A DNA stretch of 43,721 bases, taken from a virus. A program made the translations under genes and the position numbers. Shown here piece by piece: positions 5,738 through 13,611 of this stretch (its first letter is position 1; every line of letters starts with the position of its first letter). Where the stretch lies: the IMG/VR virus record IMGVR_UViG_3300035146_000036, one strand, 5' to 3'. Below the pieces are notes generated by a model, which saw nothing but the letters and a program-made list of their open reading frames with translations, did not search any database and was not told the DNA's origin.

Positions 5738-7408
5738 ATGAATAGCATTACACGGATAGATGATGTTTGGTCGATAGTTGGAGTTGAGCCTGTTAGAATA
5801 GCGGATGATGTTTGTGCTTTTTTGGATGTGAGTACTACATCTTTTGGTAGGGCGACACATTATAATAGTCGTGAGAAGCAGTTGCATACTGAAGCAGCGG
5901 TTCATGGTCGTCTTTTTGATATATCGAGAGATTTGTATCAAATTTTGTTGTCATTACCAGGTACTACAGATAGAGCAAGACAAATAGGGATGTCTGCTTT
6001 GTTAGGAAGTAAACAGAAGAATGGCAAAGAATGTCTTTTGACTGGTACTATGGAACGAAGGGTTCTCGAGAGTTTTGTTAAGAGTTTACCTCCCCAAAGG
6101 ATGTTGAAATTATTTGATGCTTTTCGTGGATTCGGGAATGAGTTTGGAGCGAAAAAGTCAAATAATGCTCGAACAAGAAAACTTATTTTGAGGACTATTT
6201 TGAATAGTCCACGGTTAGAATTATGGACGATAAAATATCGTTCAAAATTGCAGAGAATTTTATCTCATGCATGGGGAAGAAGTCTCGGTTCTGCTATTGG
6301 TGCTGTAGCTGCCAAAAAGAGACGTAATGACAAAGAAAAATCTATGCTTAAAAAGCATGTTTTGAGTTATTTGGGTAGTAATTGTGGAAAAGTTGAAGTT
6401 GTAAATTTAAACCATGTTTTACAGTGTATTGCGTTTTTGTACGGGGAAAGAGACCGGATAAGTGATGACATGAAACTGTTGCAAAGTTTCATTAATGCAA
6501 AAACAAATATTTCTGATGGTTTGAAATTGCCGGCAGAGATAATTGAAGGAATAAGAAGCACTTATCATAAAAATGTTAGTGCATCAGAATTATTGAAGAT
6601 GCGTGCCGATGTAGGAGGTATAAGAACTCGTTACGAGAAAAGGGTAGTGCAGAAAAGGGTGAAAGAAGTTGGTGGAAAAGTAGAGATGAATCCACTGGAT
6701 TATGATGCAGTAGAACTTTATATCTATGCTTTTGAGGTTGGAGCAGATAGTGAAATACTTGAAGCATTAGATAAAAAAGCCAAAGATGCTGCAAAATTGT
6801 TGCCTGTTAGTTATGATAAGCTTGCAATTATTGTAGATGCATCGAAATCCATGGAAGGGAGCAAAGAGCAACCGATGAGACCGTTGGCAACTGCACTCTC
6901 TATTAGAGATATGTTGCAGAGGTCAGCAATTGAGTCAACGGTTTTGTATTGTGGTGGATTTGCAGATACTAAAGATATGCCGGATATATCTTCTAAGATA
7001 AAGATAGTAAAACCATCGTATGAAACAGAATTGGCTCAATCATTGTTAGATGCTTTGGTTTATGAACCTGATGCAGTATATGTGATTAGTGATGGATATG
7101 AAAATTCTCCTGCTGGACGATTTGGAGATGTTCTTAGAAAGGCTCGAGAAATAGGTATAGATGTTCCTGTAATCCATTGTAATCCTGTATTTGCATCTGA
7201 GACGGGTTCGGTTAGGGCATTGTGTGAAGGGATAGAGAAGGTTACTACATTGCCTGTGAGAAGTCCTATGGCAATGGGGTCTGGTATTATTCGTGGATTA
7301 ATAGAATCAGACCCGAGACGTGGATTGAACAGTATATTAAGGATTGCTTTGACTGGTGATTCTCCGTTGGCTGGATTGCTGACAGAGGGAGATGGAGGTG
7401 TGTCATGA
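5738..7408 (+). CDS. rsr: Ro60/Rsr-like protein (helical TROVE-like N-terminal region + C-terminal vWA domain with MIDAS)
   Basis: vWA MIDAS motifs LAIIVDASKSM ... SDGYEN, aligning with Ro60 LLAIDVSASM ... TDCETN; helical ~350-aa N-terminal region; SD aggagg before ATG 5738. Confidence 0.5.
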   Translation: MNSITRIDDVWSIVGVEPVRIADDVCAFLDVSTTSFGRATHYNSREKQLHTEAAVHGRLFDISRDLYQILLSLPGTTDRARQIGMSALLGSKQKNGKECLLTGTMERRVLESFVKSLPPQRMLKLFDAFRGFGNEFGAKKSNNARTRKLILRTILNSPRLELWTIKYRSKLQRILSHAWGRSLGSAIGAVAAKKRRNDKEKSMLKKHVLSYLGSNCGKVEVVNLNHVLQCIAFLYGERDRISDDMKLLQSFINAKTNISDGLKLPAEIIEGIRSTYHKNVSASELLKMRADVGGIRTRYEKRVVQKRVKEVGGKVEMNPLDYDAVELYIYAFEVGADSEILEALDKKAKDAAKLLPVSYDKLAIIVDASKSMEGSKEQPMRPLATALSIRDMLQRSAIESTVLYCGGFADTKDMPDISSKIKIVKPSYETELAQSLLDALVYEPDAVYVISDGYENSPAGRFGDVLRKAREIGIDVPVIHCNPVFASETGSVRALCEGIEKVTTLPVRSPMAMGSGIIRGLIESDPRRGLNSILRIALTGDSPLAGLLTEGDGGVS

Positions 7409-8412
7409 GTAGAAACATATCGATGGAAGACATCCTTTTTGGGATAGGTGCAGGAAGAGCACAATCGGTAGGAAATATGGAGGTTATTCCTTTGATTTCT
7501 GAAGATCGTGACGAGATAATTGATGAAAGTATGTATGGGACTCCTGCAGATGTGGAGATAGGTACTCGGAATTATGGCGAAGTTGATATGAGGAATGTTT
7601 CTGACCGAGTGAATTTTGTTCCTCCTGGTGCTGGTTGGGTTGTTAAAGAAGCTGCTCAAGACCATGCTATAGGAAGTGGAGAGATTCTTGGTCCAAAGAC
7701 ATCAAATCTTGTGAAGACTGCAAGATGTATTCAGTCTAATCAGGGTGGAACTATTTCGAAAGCAGCTCATGAGATGCTTGTTTTGCCAGTTGAACTTCGT
7801 GGTATTGCTTTAGCTAAAAGAAATATGCATGGATATAGTGAGATGTGGGATGATCTTGCTAATTTTAATTCTCAACATGGTATTCAAGGGTTTAAAGAAC
7901 TTGCTATTTTCTTGCAGGAATTTAAGCGACAAATGGATCAATTTGTTGCTGAGTTTGAGTTGGTACCAAATCAAATAGGAGCAGTGATTATTATAAATGG
8001 TAAAGTTATCGGTATTGAAATTGCTCCTACAAGAGATTATTGGCAATATGTTTGGACACCTTTGATTAGGGTATGTTATGGGTCTTTGGCATCTGAGTGT
8101 TATAAGAGGTCAAGTGTGGACCATAGAAATATACCTATTTCGAATAGGGATCCATTAGAGCTTGTTGAAAATACACTTTCTGGATTACGGGATGCTGTTT
8201 TGAAAACTGACCAGGATAGGATAGATGCTGTTAACGTTTTTGTTTCTTCTCTAAAAAAGAAGAAATTTTTGGTTGGTAATGTAGAACAGAATAGGAGTGA
8301 CCATTATTTATTATCTGGTTTGATACGTCCAGATCGTGAAAATGGACAGATTGAAGGTCAGATTGTTGTTACAGAAAAGACTATTCCGTTCTTTTCTGCT
8401 TGTGGTGTTTGA
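7405..8412 (+). CDS. hypothetical protein (335 aa), translationally coupled to the rsr-like gene
   Basis: ATGA overlap with upstream stop; no recognised motif. Confidence 0.65.
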   Translation: MSRNISMEDILFGIGAGRAQSVGNMEVIPLISEDRDEIIDESMYGTPADVEIGTRNYGEVDMRNVSDRVNFVPPGAGWVVKEAAQDHAIGSGEILGPKTSNLVKTARCIQSNQGGTISKAAHEMLVLPVELRGIALAKRNMHGYSEMWDDLANFNSQHGIQGFKELAIFLQEFKRQMDQFVAEFELVPNQIGAVIIINGKVIGIEIAPTRDYWQYVWTPLIRVCYGSLASECYKRSSVDHRNIPISNRDPLELVENTLSGLRDAVLKTDQDRIDAVNVFVSSLKKKKFLVGNVEQNRSDHYLLSGLIRPDRENGQIEGQIVVTEKTIPFFSACGV

Positions 8413-8444
8413 CAAAAATAATTTTTAAATTATTGTTATTATAA

Positions 8445-8479
8445 GTTATCGACCTATTAAATAGGTTGTGGATTGAAAC
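8445..8479 (+). repeat. solitary CRISPR-repeat-like unit 2: GTTATCGACCTATTAAATAGGTTGTGGATTGAAAC
   Basis: 35-nt unit starting GTT, 8-bp hairpin, ending ATTGAAAC. Confidence 0.45.
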
Positions 8480-8494
8480 GATTACCTTTCATGG

Positions 8495-8526
8495 AATGGG
8501 GCTGTTTTTCAGTCCCATTTTTTTAT
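8495..8526 (+). terminator. rho-independent terminator
   Basis: atggggctg-ttttt-cagtcccat stem followed by an 8-T tract. Confidence 0.8.
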
Positions 8527-8694
8527 TTAAACAGTTTTGTATTTTTGGTTATTTTTTACATAAATTGTATTTAATATGTAGTTTTTAATTTATATAACAT
8601 ATTAAAAATATTTATGTTTTTGTTTTTTTGGGGTTGAAATATCTATCGATTATGATACTATAGATTATCAATTTTCAACAAAAGGAGTAGTAAG

Positions 8695-9618
8695 ATGGGA
8701 ATGACACATTTGAATGTTTATTTTAGGAATAGTTTATGTAAACTATTGACAAATTGTTGGATGGCAGATTTAGTTGTTAATTCTTGTGATGGAACACCAT
8801 TATATGATGTATTTCCAGAAATAATTGATCAATTGAAAGATCGATATGCAAAGTCAGCAACTGTTACTGAATTTACTAATTTTCCGTTATCAACAGATCA
8901 AAGTGGGTTAACACTAGAAGTTACTGTTGATGGTGGTACTATGCAGACGCGTACTTTTTCAAGTCCTGCTATGACACTTGCTGAGATTTATGGTCAGATA
9001 AAAGGTTATTTCACAGATTGTGATATAATATTGGATGATAATGACCATATATCCATTGTTACGAAAAATAAAGGTCCTAATGCCAATTTAGTAATTGGTG
9101 GAACTTGTAATTTAGATTGGGGGCCAGTTACGCAAGGATCTGGTTATGATATTAGTACGCGATATTATATGGATGCTTATAGAATAAACATAAGACCACT
9201 TGTTGGGGAATATATTAATCATATTGAGATGGATATTCCGAATGGATGTTACAAGATTTGGTCAAGGTGTTGTTTTGGAGATAATGAGGAAACTTCTGTT
9301 GTGATGTTGCCAATTGAAGATTGTGGTGGATGTCGTACAGTAAATTTATTACTTCCTCAAGTTACGACTTGTTCTAAGTATGTATTGCATCCGATGATAG
9401 ATAGGATTGTGAATGATTATCAGGCAGTATTTCCATTAGATGCTGATAAGGTTACAATATTAAAGGCAATTGCCTATACTGGTGGATTAGGTAGGGAAGG
9501 GATTCTTGAACAGTTAAATATTAGAAAACAAGATGCTATTAATATTGAGAGGACTGATTTAGAGGCAAGAGTTGATGCTGTTATTACGATAGCACAACAG
9601 CTTCCACAATGTTGTTAA
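8695..9618 (+). CDS. hypothetical protein (307 aa), Cys-containing
   Basis: ORF with SD aaggag 6 nt upstream. Confidence 0.7.
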   Translation: MGMTHLNVYFRNSLCKLLTNCWMADLVVNSCDGTPLYDVFPEIIDQLKDRYAKSATVTEFTNFPLSTDQSGLTLEVTVDGGTMQTRTFSSPAMTLAEIYGQIKGYFTDCDIILDDNDHISIVTKNKGPNANLVIGGTCNLDWGPVTQGSGYDISTRYYMDAYRINIRPLVGEYINHIEMDIPNGCYKIWSRCCFGDNEETSVVMLPIEDCGGCRTVNLLLPQVTTCSKYVLHPMIDRIVNDYQAVFPLDADKVTILKAIAYTGGLGREGILEQLNIRKQDAINIERTDLEARVDAVITIAQQLPQCC

Positions 9619-9719
9619 TGAATGATTGAATGATTTTTTTGCTTGACAAAGAATAATTTGTCAATTATCTTTTGTGTGTGTCCATAGAAGTTCATACTTC
9701 TTGTTTCGTCATTTTGGTT

Positions 9720-9752
9720 TAGGGGCTGGGAAACCAGCCCCGATTTTTACTA
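9720..9752 (+). terminator. rho-independent terminator
   Basis: ggggctgg-gaaa-ccagcccc followed by gattttt. Confidence 0.75.
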
Positions 9753-9958
9753 GGAAAAAGTTATGAAACGACATGATAAAAACAGGATTAATAATGTAGT
9801 AAAAACAAAAGGTATTGTTTTGTCCTGTATCCTCTCTTTATCATTTTTCTTTTCATATTTGAGTTGGTAATTCTAGTCGGTTGACCGACAGAATTATTTT
9901 ACCATGTAGTTCTTGTACATGGGTAGATTGTTCATTGACAATAGAATAGTCCATAATT

Positions 9959-10045
9959 TGAGGTATGACAGAGTGGTAATGTGCTCGCCTGGAAAGCGTT
10001 GGCCATCTAGAGATAGGTGCGGGGGTTCAATTCCCTCTGCCTCAG
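9959..10045 (+). tRNA. tRNA-Ser (GGA)-like, type II, weak anticodon stem
   Basis: Acceptor tgaggta/tgcctca, D stem aca/tgt, loop CUGGAAA, long variable arm, T arm ggggg-ttcaatt-ccctc. Confidence 0.5.
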
Positions 10046-10051
10046 AAATCA

Positions 10052-10139
10052 GGAAGGTAACCGGCTGGATCAGGAGCATGTTTTGAAAACATGTGGCGCA
10101 TTGAGAGATGCGTTATGGGTTCGAGTCCCATACCTTCCT
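10052..10139 (+). tRNA. tRNA-Ser (UGA)
   Basis: Acceptor ggaaggt/accttcc, anticodon stem catgt/acatg with loop UUUGAAA, variable hairpin cgcat/atgcg, T arm atggg-ttcgagt-cccat. Confidence 0.8.
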
Positions 10140-10164
10140 CTAAATGACATCTAGATGATAGGTG

Positions 10165-10178
10165 TGAACTCGAGTTCG
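10165..10178. promoter_or_regulatory. palindrome tGAACTCGAGTTCG (copy 2, 13/14)
   Basis: 13 nt upstream of ATG 10191. Confidence 0.55.
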
Positions 10179-10190
10179 TTTGGAGGTGAA

Positions 10191-10370
10191 ATGTTAAGAA
10201 AAGATGAAGGATATGATGAAGTTAGTAAAGCATTAGATATGTATGAGGATGATATAAGTATGTTTGATGCTAGAGATGAAAGGGTTGAAAAGGAAATTGA
10301 TAAGCTTTTGGACGGAATTAATTTAGAACAATCGCTTAAGAATTTTGTAAGAATGTTTATTGGTGATTAG
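10191..10370 (+). CDS. hypothetical acidic small protein (59 aa)
   Basis: ATG 10191 with SD ggagg. Confidence 0.5.
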   Translation: MLRKDEGYDEVSKALDMYEDDISMFDARDERVEKEIDKLLDGINLEQSLKNFVRMFIGD

Positions 10371-10458
10371 GAGGATTGGCGGAAAGGTATCGCAGCGGAT
10401 TCGAAATCCGTAGTCATCGAAAGATATCGGTGTGAGAGTTCGAATCTCTCATCCTCCT
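10370..10458 (+). tRNA. tRNA-Ser (CGA)
   Basis: Acceptor ggaggat/atcctcc, D stem gcg/cgc, anticodon stem gcgga/tccgt with loop UUCGAAA, long variable arm, T arm gagag-ttcgaat-ctctc. Confidence 0.8.
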
Positions 10459-10536
10459 CTGTTTGTTGTTAATCTAATATCAACAAAGTAGTTTGTGTTG
10501 CAAAAAACGAGATTTGTGAGCAACAAAATGTATTAA

Positions 10537-10624
10537 GGGAAGTATTAATAAGGCTAGATGGTCTGGCAGAAGATTGTAAATCTTTTCCTCTAGTAGGCAT
10601 GTGGTTCGATTCCATCGCTTCCCA
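10537..10624 (+). tRNA. tRNA-Tyr (GUA)-like with enlarged D region
   Basis: Acceptor gggaagt/gcttccc, anticodon stem gaaga/tcttt with loop UUGUAAA. The D region is ~6 nt too long. Confidence 0.45.
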
Positions 10625-10628
10625 ATAT

Positions 10629-10711
10629 GGAAGGTTACGTTCAAGGGTAAACGGGAAGATTGCTAATCTTCTGTCATTCGTGGCTTACAGGTTCGAATCC
10701 TGTACCTTCCG
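10629..10711 (+). tRNA. tRNA-Ser (GCU)
   Basis: Acceptor ggaaggt/accttcc, D stem cgt/acg, anticodon stem gaaga/tcttc with loop UUGCUAA, 15-nt variable arm, T arm acagg-ttcgaat-cctgt. Confidence 0.8.
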
Positions 10712-10769
10712 CAAGTTTTTGTGATAGTATCTTTTTGAGAAAAATGAAATTTCAGAAAGGTATAAAATT

Positions 10770-10943
10770 ATGAAAGAGATTCTTGAACGATTAGAGAGAA
10801 AAATTGGTTTGGGTCCTGGTGGTAAATGTAAATGTCCTGAATGTGGTGAAGAAGTAAAACATGAAACTGGTGTATCATGTGATAGTATAAAATGTTCTAA
10901 ATGTGGGACTAGCATGAGAAGAGTTGTTAGAGAAGAAGAATAA
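10770..10943 (+). CDS. small zinc-ribbon protein (57 aa; CxC/CxxC ... CxxC), not in supplied ORF track
   Basis: ATG 10770 to TAA 10943, read by hand between tRNAs. Confidence 0.4.
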   Translation: MKEILERLERKIGLGPGGKCKCPECGEEVKHETGVSCDSIKCSKCGTSMRRVVREEE

Positions 10944-10953
10944 GGGTTAATAC

Positions 10954-11038
10954 GGGACGGTGGCGGAAATAGGTAGACGCAAGGGACTTAAAATCCCTCG
11001 GGGGAAACCTCATACGAGTTCGATCCTCGTCCGTCCTA
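10954..11038 (+). tRNA. tRNA-Leu (UAA)
   Basis: Acceptor gggacgg/ccgtcct, D stem gcg/cgc, anticodon stem aggga/tccct with loop CUUAAAA, long variable arm, T arm acgag-ttcgatc-ctcgt. Confidence 0.8.
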
Positions 11039-11044
11039 CAATAT

Positions 11045-11132
11045 GCCCGTGTAGTCGAATTTGGTATAGACGGTGGATTCAAAATCCATGGCAACTGAAA
11101 AGTCATTCTCGGTTCGAGTCCGAGCACGGGTA
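11045..11132 (+). tRNA. tRNA-Leu (CAA)
   Basis: Acceptor gcccgtg/cacgggt, D stem gtc/gac, anticodon stem gtgga/tccat with loop UUCAAAA, 18-nt variable arm, T arm ctcgg-ttcgagt-ccgag. Confidence 0.8.
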
Positions 11133-11139
11133 CTATAAT

Positions 11140-11211
11140 GGAACGGTAACTCAGTAGGTAGAGTGCTGGACTGAAAATCCAGATGCGACAGTTCGATTCT
11201 GTCCTGTTCCA
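11140..11211 (+). tRNA. tRNA-Phe (GAA)
   Basis: Acceptor ggaacgg/ctgttcc, D stem actc/gagt, anticodon stem ctgga/tccag with loop CUGAAAA, T arm gacag-ttcgatt-ctgtc. Confidence 0.85.
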
Positions 11212-11230
11212 CTAAAAATTATGGACTATT

Positions 11231-11479
11231 TTATGATAGGTCAATTTTTATCCATTTGTTGATGAGATTTTGATAAGTATCTGCAAATGGGCTTGATAAT
11301 TTTTTCAGTATTGATGGAATTTCTTCCCAGTTTGTTGTTGGAAGGATAGTAGATATTCCAAGGAGACCTTCGATTTCAACAAGATCATCTGTTGATTTTG
11401 ATTCAAATATTAGGTCATCTATAATAGTTAGGTCTTCTATTAAGTCATTTATTGGTTTGTTTTCATTGATTAGATTCAT
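11231..11479 (-). CDS. hypothetical acidic protein (82 aa)
   Basis: Minus-strand ORF; no motif. Confidence 0.5.
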   Translation of the reverse strand: MNLINENKPINDLIEDLTIIDDLIFESKSTDDLVEIEGLLGISTILPTTNWEEIPSILKKLSSPFADTYQNLINKWIKIDLS

Positions 11480-11483
11480 TTTT

Positions 11484-11714
11484 TTACCTTATTAATTGAT
11501 AAATAGTAGAAATTCTGTTTTGTTTCATTTTAATTCCAGTTATATAGCCTTTGATTGTTCTTTCTATTTGTCCTATTTCATTGTCATGAAATTTTGATTC
11601 ATGAGCAATTGATATTAATCTTTCTAGTAAATTTGAAATTTCATTAAATGAGAAATCTATTTCATTTCTTTTTTCTGATATTTCTTCGATGAGTTCATTT
11701 CTATTAGTTATCAT
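11484..11714 (-). CDS. hypothetical protein (76 aa)
   Basis: Start moved to the ATG after SD aaaaagga. The leader hairpin ctcaaca-AGA-tgttgag (11731-11747, minus) lies just upstream. Confidence 0.5.
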   Translation of the reverse strand: MITNRNELIEEISEKRNEIDFSFNEISNLLERLISIAHESKFHDNEIGQIERTIKGYITGIKMKQNRISTIYQLIR

Positions 11715-11826
11715 TTTTATTATCCTTTTTCTCAACATCTTGTTGAGTATCTACTTTGATTTTAAGACATTAAAAATGGTTTGTCAACTTTTTTATGCGA
11801 ACTCGATATTCTTTTTCTTTTTATTA

Positions 11827-11970
11827 TTACCAATATTTAGCCCCTTTGAGGTTAGCCCCTTTGAGGTTGTACCCTTCGAGGTATGTTCCAAAGAAATCGA
11901 TATCACGCAATTCTCCTTGCGAACAATATAGAATTTCATTCGTTATTGGATGCTTTTTAAACATATTCAT
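11827..11970 (-). CDS. candidate small protein (47 aa) with tandem NLKGA repeats
   Basis: Read by hand. ATGA overlap with the stop of 11967..12260; covers three 15-bp direct repeats. Confidence 0.3.
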   Translation of the reverse strand: MNMFKKHPITNEILYCSQGELRDIDFFGTYLEGYNLKGANLKGAKYW

Positions 11971-12260
11971 TTTTTGCTTCCTTTGTTATAATTAAAACAG
12001 ATATGGATAAGAGGGTTATAATCATATGCCCATCTTGGGATAATTGTTCCACAAGTAGCACAGAAAACATCAGCTGCTTCTCTGGCTTCCTCAGAAGAGC
12101 AGAATTTGTTTTCGCACTTATGATTACAGTAATTTTGTTTTTTTTCTCCATGTTTATTGAATTTGCACTCGTCAACTTTTTTTGATGTGCATATCCATTC
12201 CCATTCATGTTGAAATTGCATGTAATTATGGATAAATAGTTTGCAGTGATTTGGTTTCAT
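11967..12260 (-). CDS. Cys-rich hypothetical protein (97 aa)
   Basis: ATG 12260. Its 5' UTR on the minus strand carries two AACAAGATGT motifs including hairpin cgaaca-AGA-tgttcg (12267-12281). Confidence 0.6.
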   Translation of the reverse strand: MKPNHCKLFIHNYMQFQHEWEWICTSKKVDECKFNKHGEKKQNYCNHKCENKFCSSEEAREAADVFCATCGTIIPRWAYDYNPLIHICFNYNKGSKK

Positions 12261-12346
12261 TTTATGTGCCTTTCTTCGAACATCTTGTTCGACATCTTGT
12301 TATTAATGATAATACTTTTTGAGTGATTTGCAACAAAAAAAATGTG

Positions 12347-12375
12347 TTGACAAATTTTTTTATCGTTGTTAGATA
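12347..12375 (+). promoter_or_regulatory. sigma70-like promoter TTGACAAAT-N17-TAGATA
   Basis: The -10 ends 5 nt before ATG 12381, suggesting a leaderless transcript. Confidence 0.5.
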
Positions 12376-12380
12376 TATAT

Positions 12381-13274
12381 ATGATTGATTCATGTCTTGA
12401 CACGGGTGATGAAAATCATTGGGGTATACGGAAAGGAGATATTTTGAAATTTGGGGCAGTTTTTATAGATTTTGAAAATTTGTATTTGTCTTTGAAGCAT
12501 AAATACAAAGAACACGATATTTTATTTGTGAAAATAGTAGAAGCTGTTATAGATAGACTTGAAAATGACCTTGAATCCACTGTCGTTGTAAGAAGAAATT
12601 ACTTACCATTTGGTGCTCATGATTATGCTACTATGGCAGATGAACTTGCGTTAGATGGGTTTAAGTCAGTACATGTTCTTGCAGAATTATCGAAAAATTC
12701 AGCAGATTTAGTGCTTGCTGTTGATGCTATGGAAACAGTTTATACACGTGATAATATTGAGGTTTTTTGTATTATTGGGGGTGATAGAGATTATATTCCA
12801 GTAGTAGCGAAATTGAAAGAGCTTGGTAAACATTGTATAGTGTGTTCTATGCCTGATTCTATGTCTGGAGATCTTCTTAGATTTATAGGTGAAGATTTAT
12901 ATTTTAATCCTATTGAAATGGTAGAATGTGTATTAGTGGTTGACAGGAAAAGTTGTTCAAAGAAAGAATCTATATCAAAAAAGATAGATGATGAAGAGGT
13001 TGAACGATGGAAGTCTTTTGCTAAAGTTGCACATGATATGAGAGAAAAATATGACAATCCTGAAATATGGATGGCTCCGTATATCACATTGTTGTCAGAA
13101 AGATTTCCTAACTTAGCTAGAAAAGACATTCGTGACACAATTGCTAGTATGGAGAAGTGTGGTATATGGCATAGAGAGGAGAGAGAATCAGATAGAGCGA
13201 ATATTAGTTCATATTCTGTTTTGATAGTAGACTGGAATCATTCATTAATACAGGAAACGTTGATGATTGAATAA
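12381..13274 (+). CDS. NYN-domain (LabA-like PIN) ribonuclease-like protein with C-terminal OST-HTH/LOTUS-like region
   Basis: GAVFIDFENL ... LVLAVDAMET ... FCIIGGDRDYIPVV motifs of NYN domains; no SD upstream. Confidence 0.6.
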   Translation: MIDSCLDTGDENHWGIRKGDILKFGAVFIDFENLYLSLKHKYKEHDILFVKIVEAVIDRLENDLESTVVVRRNYLPFGAHDYATMADELALDGFKSVHVLAELSKNSADLVLAVDAMETVYTRDNIEVFCIIGGDRDYIPVVAKLKELGKHCIVCSMPDSMSGDLLRFIGEDLYFNPIEMVECVLVVDRKSCSKKESISKKIDDEEVERWKSFAKVAHDMREKYDNPEIWMAPYITLLSERFPNLARKDIRDTIASMEKCGIWHREERESDRANISSYSVLIVDWNHSLIQETLMIE

Positions 13275-13281
13275 TTTACAG

Positions 13282-13310
13282 TTGACAAATTTGTTTTTGA
13301 TGGTTAATAA
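13282..13310 (+). promoter_or_regulatory. sigma70-like promoter TTGACAAAT-N17-TAATAA
   Basis: Sequence match. Confidence 0.5.
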
Positions 13311-13362
13311 AAATATAGAGTGATTTCCTGGGAGATCCAGGATGAGAAGGAGGAGAATGAAA

Positions 13363-13563
13363 ATGGTTAAGGTAAAATATTTTAGAATTGATACGAGAGA
13401 AGATTCCAAATATTGTGGTTATGAGATTATTAGTAGAGAAGGAGAATTTGAATTTTGGACCAATGATGACAGGATAGCTTTTGAAGAAAAGATAGAGACT
13501 GCTTTTAGGCAATGTTTGGGTAGTGACCTTGAAGTTTGTGCTGTAGGGATAAAACGAAGTTAA
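13363..13563 (+). CDS. hypothetical protein (66 aa)
   Basis: ATG 13363 follows SD aggagga. Confidence 0.5.
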   Translation: MVKVKYFRIDTREDSKYCGYEIISREGEFEFWTNDDRIAFEEKIETAFRQCLGSDLEVCAVGIKRS

Positions 13564-13579
13564 AAGTGATTTAAGAAAA

Positions 13580-13593
13580 CGAACTCGAGTTCG
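13580..13593. promoter_or_regulatory. palindrome CGAACTCGAGTTCG (copy 3)
   Basis: Perfect copy, 19 nt upstream of ATG 13612. Confidence 0.6.
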
Positions 13594-13611
13594 TAAAATA
13601 AGGATAATATA

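Noticed and set aside
9644-9672. TTGACAAAG promoter-like site after gene 8695..9618
   Set aside because: The -10 is poor (ATCTTT) and it is followed by a terminator with no gene before the tRNA island; called only as a possible weak promoter.
9894-10079. ORF 9894..10079 (-) and ORFs 10685..10915, 10927..11127 (-), 10960..11157 (+)
   Set aside because: All lie across tRNA genes of the second island; no RBS; spurious.
11689-11995. Plus-strand ORFs 11689..11931 and 11795..11995
   Set aside because: They lie within a minus-strand gene cluster, span the tandem 15-bp repeats and overlap each other; no RBS.
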